Below, one piece after another: positions 13,186 through 14,858 of a stretch of 14,858 bases of DNA. The notes under the pieces were generated by a model. The model saw only the letters and a list, made by a program, of their open reading frames with translations, had not been told where the DNA came from and did not search any database. The stretch's first letter is position 1, and each line of letters starts with the position of its first letter. Position numbers and translations under genes: made by a program. Source of the DNA: a virus; IMG/VR virus record IMGVR_UViG_3300044492_000112, positions 1 through 14,858 of that record. One strand, 5' to 3'.

Positions 13186-14375
13186 CAGACCGGCACCGCC
13201 GCCGCCGGGTCGGTCAACTGCATGTCGTTCGGTGACGGCGTGGCCTGATCCGGTGTCGTGAACGGGTTCCGTAGCCACGCGTTCTGATCGAGCCTGACGG
13301 CCTGATTACGCGGCGTCACACGCGGGCCGGACAGGGTCTGTTCGATACAGCCGATGTACGGGCCGGCGCCGAAGTCGATCAGATCCTGGCGGGCCTGCTG
13401 ACCGTTCTGGTAGGTCATGCCGGTTCCGGCCGGGGCGCCGACCAGATACGGCGGCGTGTTCCCGAGCCGGGACAGCTCGAGCGCCTGATAGGTGCGCCCT
13501 TCGACGAGCTGCATGGCGTCGGCCGTGGTCGGGATCTCGCGATAGCGGACGTACTTGTTCGTGGCCGCGATCGCGTTCACCTGGCGGGCGGCGGCGAACT
13601 GCTCGGCCATCTCGGTCAGCTCGTCGGCGGCGAGATCTTCGCCGCCGTCCTGCTCCTCGAGCACACCGGCGGGAACTTCCATCGCCGCGAACCGGTCGGC
13701 CGCGGTGTCGAGCTGCAGGGCGGTCGAGATCGCCCGGTAGCCGTGCGTCAGCAGCCCGTCGATCGGCGAACGAAAAACGACGATCTCGGACGCGGCGACT
13801 TGCCGTTTGCCGTAGTCGTCATCGATCGTCACCACGCCGGCGTTGTCGACCTGCAGACAGCCGGGCGGGATCCGCCGGAACGTCGCCGGGAACCCGCCCG
13901 ACGACGGCGCATAGCGTGACGTGATCTCCCAATGGGCGAGTTCGTAGAACATCAGATCGTCGACGGTCCAAGCCAGCAGCCACTGCCGGGTGACGTCCGG
14001 GTCGGGGCGGGCGTGCCACGACGGCGGCGAGATGCGACGTTCGACGGTCGGGATCTGCGTCGTGTCGACGGTCCAGAACGTGAACGGCAACGCCGACACC
14101 GCCGACACGATCAGTGTCCGGCACCGCGAGATCGTCGGCAACGTCATCGCCAGTTCACGATCGAACCACGGCGGCGCATACCCGTCGAACGTGAACCCCT
14201 CGAGCGGCGGGCCGAGCCCGTAGGCGGGCGGCGGGGTTGCGATCCGCCCGGCACCGCCGCGCGTCGTGAGGACACGACCGGCCGCCACCGTGGCTTGCGG
14301 GGTCGGCGGTGACGGCCGGCCGAGCGTGCCGCCGGCGGTGCGGGCGAACCGCGACAGTGATGCCCCGATAGCCAC
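13185..14375 (-). CDS. Portal protein (396 aa)
   Basis: Size and its position between terminase and protease/capsid fit. GTG start at 14375, 4 nt after the upstream stop. Confidence 0.8.
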   Translation of the reverse strand: MAIGASLSRFARTAGGTLGRPSPPTPQATVAAGRVLTTRGGAGRIATPPPAYGLGPPLEGFTFDGYAPPWFDRELAMTLPTISRCRTLIVSAVSALPFTFWTVDTTQIPTVERRISPPSWHARPDPDVTRQWLLAWTVDDLMFYELAHWEITSRYAPSSGGFPATFRRIPPGCLQVDNAGVVTIDDDYGKRQVAASEIVVFRSPIDGLLTHGYRAISTALQLDTAADRFAAMEVPAGVLEEQDGGEDLAADELTEMAEQFAAARQVNAIAATNKYVRYREIPTTADAMQLVEGRTYQALELSRLGNTPPYLVGAPAGTGMTYQNGQQARQDLIDFGAGPYIGCIEQTLSGPRVTPRNQAVRLDQNAWLRNPFTTPDQATPSPNDMQLTDPAAAVPV

Positions 14376-14379
14376 GCGT

Positions 14380-14565
14380 CTAGTCGTCAGACTTCGGCGC
14401 CGACACCATCGTCACGACTTCGCCGATCGCGGCCGCGCGATAGTTCAGCTCGGTCAGCCCGATCTCGCCGGCTGCGTACTGGGCGCCGAGATCAGAGTCG
14501 GCGGCCTCGCTCATCGCGGCCACCGCCGGATCGTCGGACGACTTGGACGAGCTTCTGGCGGCCAT
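14380..14565 (-). CDS. Hypothetical acidic 61-aa protein between terminase and portal
   Basis: ATG start, Ala/Ser/Asp-rich, tightly packed against the portal gene. Confidence 0.5.
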   Translation of the reverse strand: MAARSSSKSSDDPAVAAMSEAADSDLGAQYAAGEIGLTELNYRAAAIGEVVTMVSAPKSDD

Positions 14566-14626
14566 CGCGACATCATCAGGGGCGATTACGCGCCCGCGTC
14601 AACCAATCCGCCATTACCACTACCGG

Positions 14627-14858
14627 CTATTTGGGCCGTGGCTGCGCGAAACCGGCCCGGGTAGGGGTGCGGGTGCGGGCGTTTCCGTCAGCGGCGCCTG
14701 AAACGGACATCGATGGCCGTCCGGGCGGTCTGGCGGCGGCCGCCGCCCACGCCGCGAGCGTGACCGCGACGAGCGGCGAGATGTCGGCACCGGATCGGCG
14801 CCGCGACCATAGCCAGGCGTCGCCCCACGTACGGCGGGCGGCGACGAGCACGGCGTCG
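14627..14858 (-). CDS. terL: Terminase large subunit, 3' end; 14732..14858 duplicates 1..127, and the unique part is 14627..14731
   Basis: The track ORF 14627..14851 begins VLVAARRTWGDAWLWSRRRSGADISPLVAV, which is the same peptide I translate from 120..1. The frame is continuous across the 1/14731 join. Confidence 0.88.
   Translation of the reverse strand, partial: DAVLVAARRTWGDAWLWSRRRSGADISPLVAVTLAAWAAAAARPPGRPSMSVSGAADGNARTRTPTRAGFAQPRPK
14732..14858. repeat. Right copy of the 127-bp terminal overlap
   Basis: Identical to 1..127. Confidence 0.97.

Larger units (their letters stand above)
1..14731. mobile_element. Complete circular (assembly-closed) genome of a miniature temperate siphovirus-like phage or episomal prophage; unique length 14,731 bp
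   Basis: 1..127 is identical to 14732..14858. The TerL ORF is only intact when the ends are joined. The window holds a full packaging, head, neck, tail and lysis set plus a tyrosine recombinase. Confidence 0.75.

Overview
High-GC (about 70% by eye) window. Nearly all ORFs on the opposite strand or frame are Arg/Pro/Gly-rich shadows. The first 127 nt (1..127) are identical to the last 127 nt (14732..14858). A large-terminase ORF runs off position 1 on the minus strand and continues in frame from 14731 down to a stop at 14627. So the window is a circularly closed contig of 14,731 unique bp, not a chromosomal slice. It encodes what looks like a complete, extremely compact temperate siphovirus-like phage. 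All genes but one are on the minus strand. In transcription order they are: an excisionase-family HTH; two tiny ORFs; a winged-HTH protein; a 4-copy iteron array; a zinc-ribbon protein; a resolvase-like HTH; an HNH endonuclease; a 36-aa membrane peptide; an 80-aa ORF; small terminase; large terminase (spans the junction); a 61-aa ORF; portal; a prohead-protease/major-capsid fusion; a head-tail adaptor; a 119-aa neck protein; major tail protein; a 143-aa HK97-gp10-like protein; tape measure; two minor tail proteins; an 84-aa ORF; an amidase endolysin; and a 48-aa holin-like protein. The only plus-strand gene is a compact tyrosine recombinase (4246..5097), flanked by the two lowest-GC non-coding stretches. 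Four real-looking ORFs are below the 60-aa cut-off of the supplied track and were found by reading the sequence: 36, 48, 56 and 57 aa, each joined to its neighbours by GTGA/ATGA stop-start overlaps. No polymerase, helicase, primase, cI-type divergent repressor, tRNA, rRNA or CRISPR array is visible. Points most worth follow-up: the completeness and size of the genome, the winged-HTH plus iteron module as the only replication or immunity candidate, the stripped-down tail and neck, and a strong excess of the palindrome CTCGAG. All functional calls rest on motifs and synteny read by eye; no searches were run.
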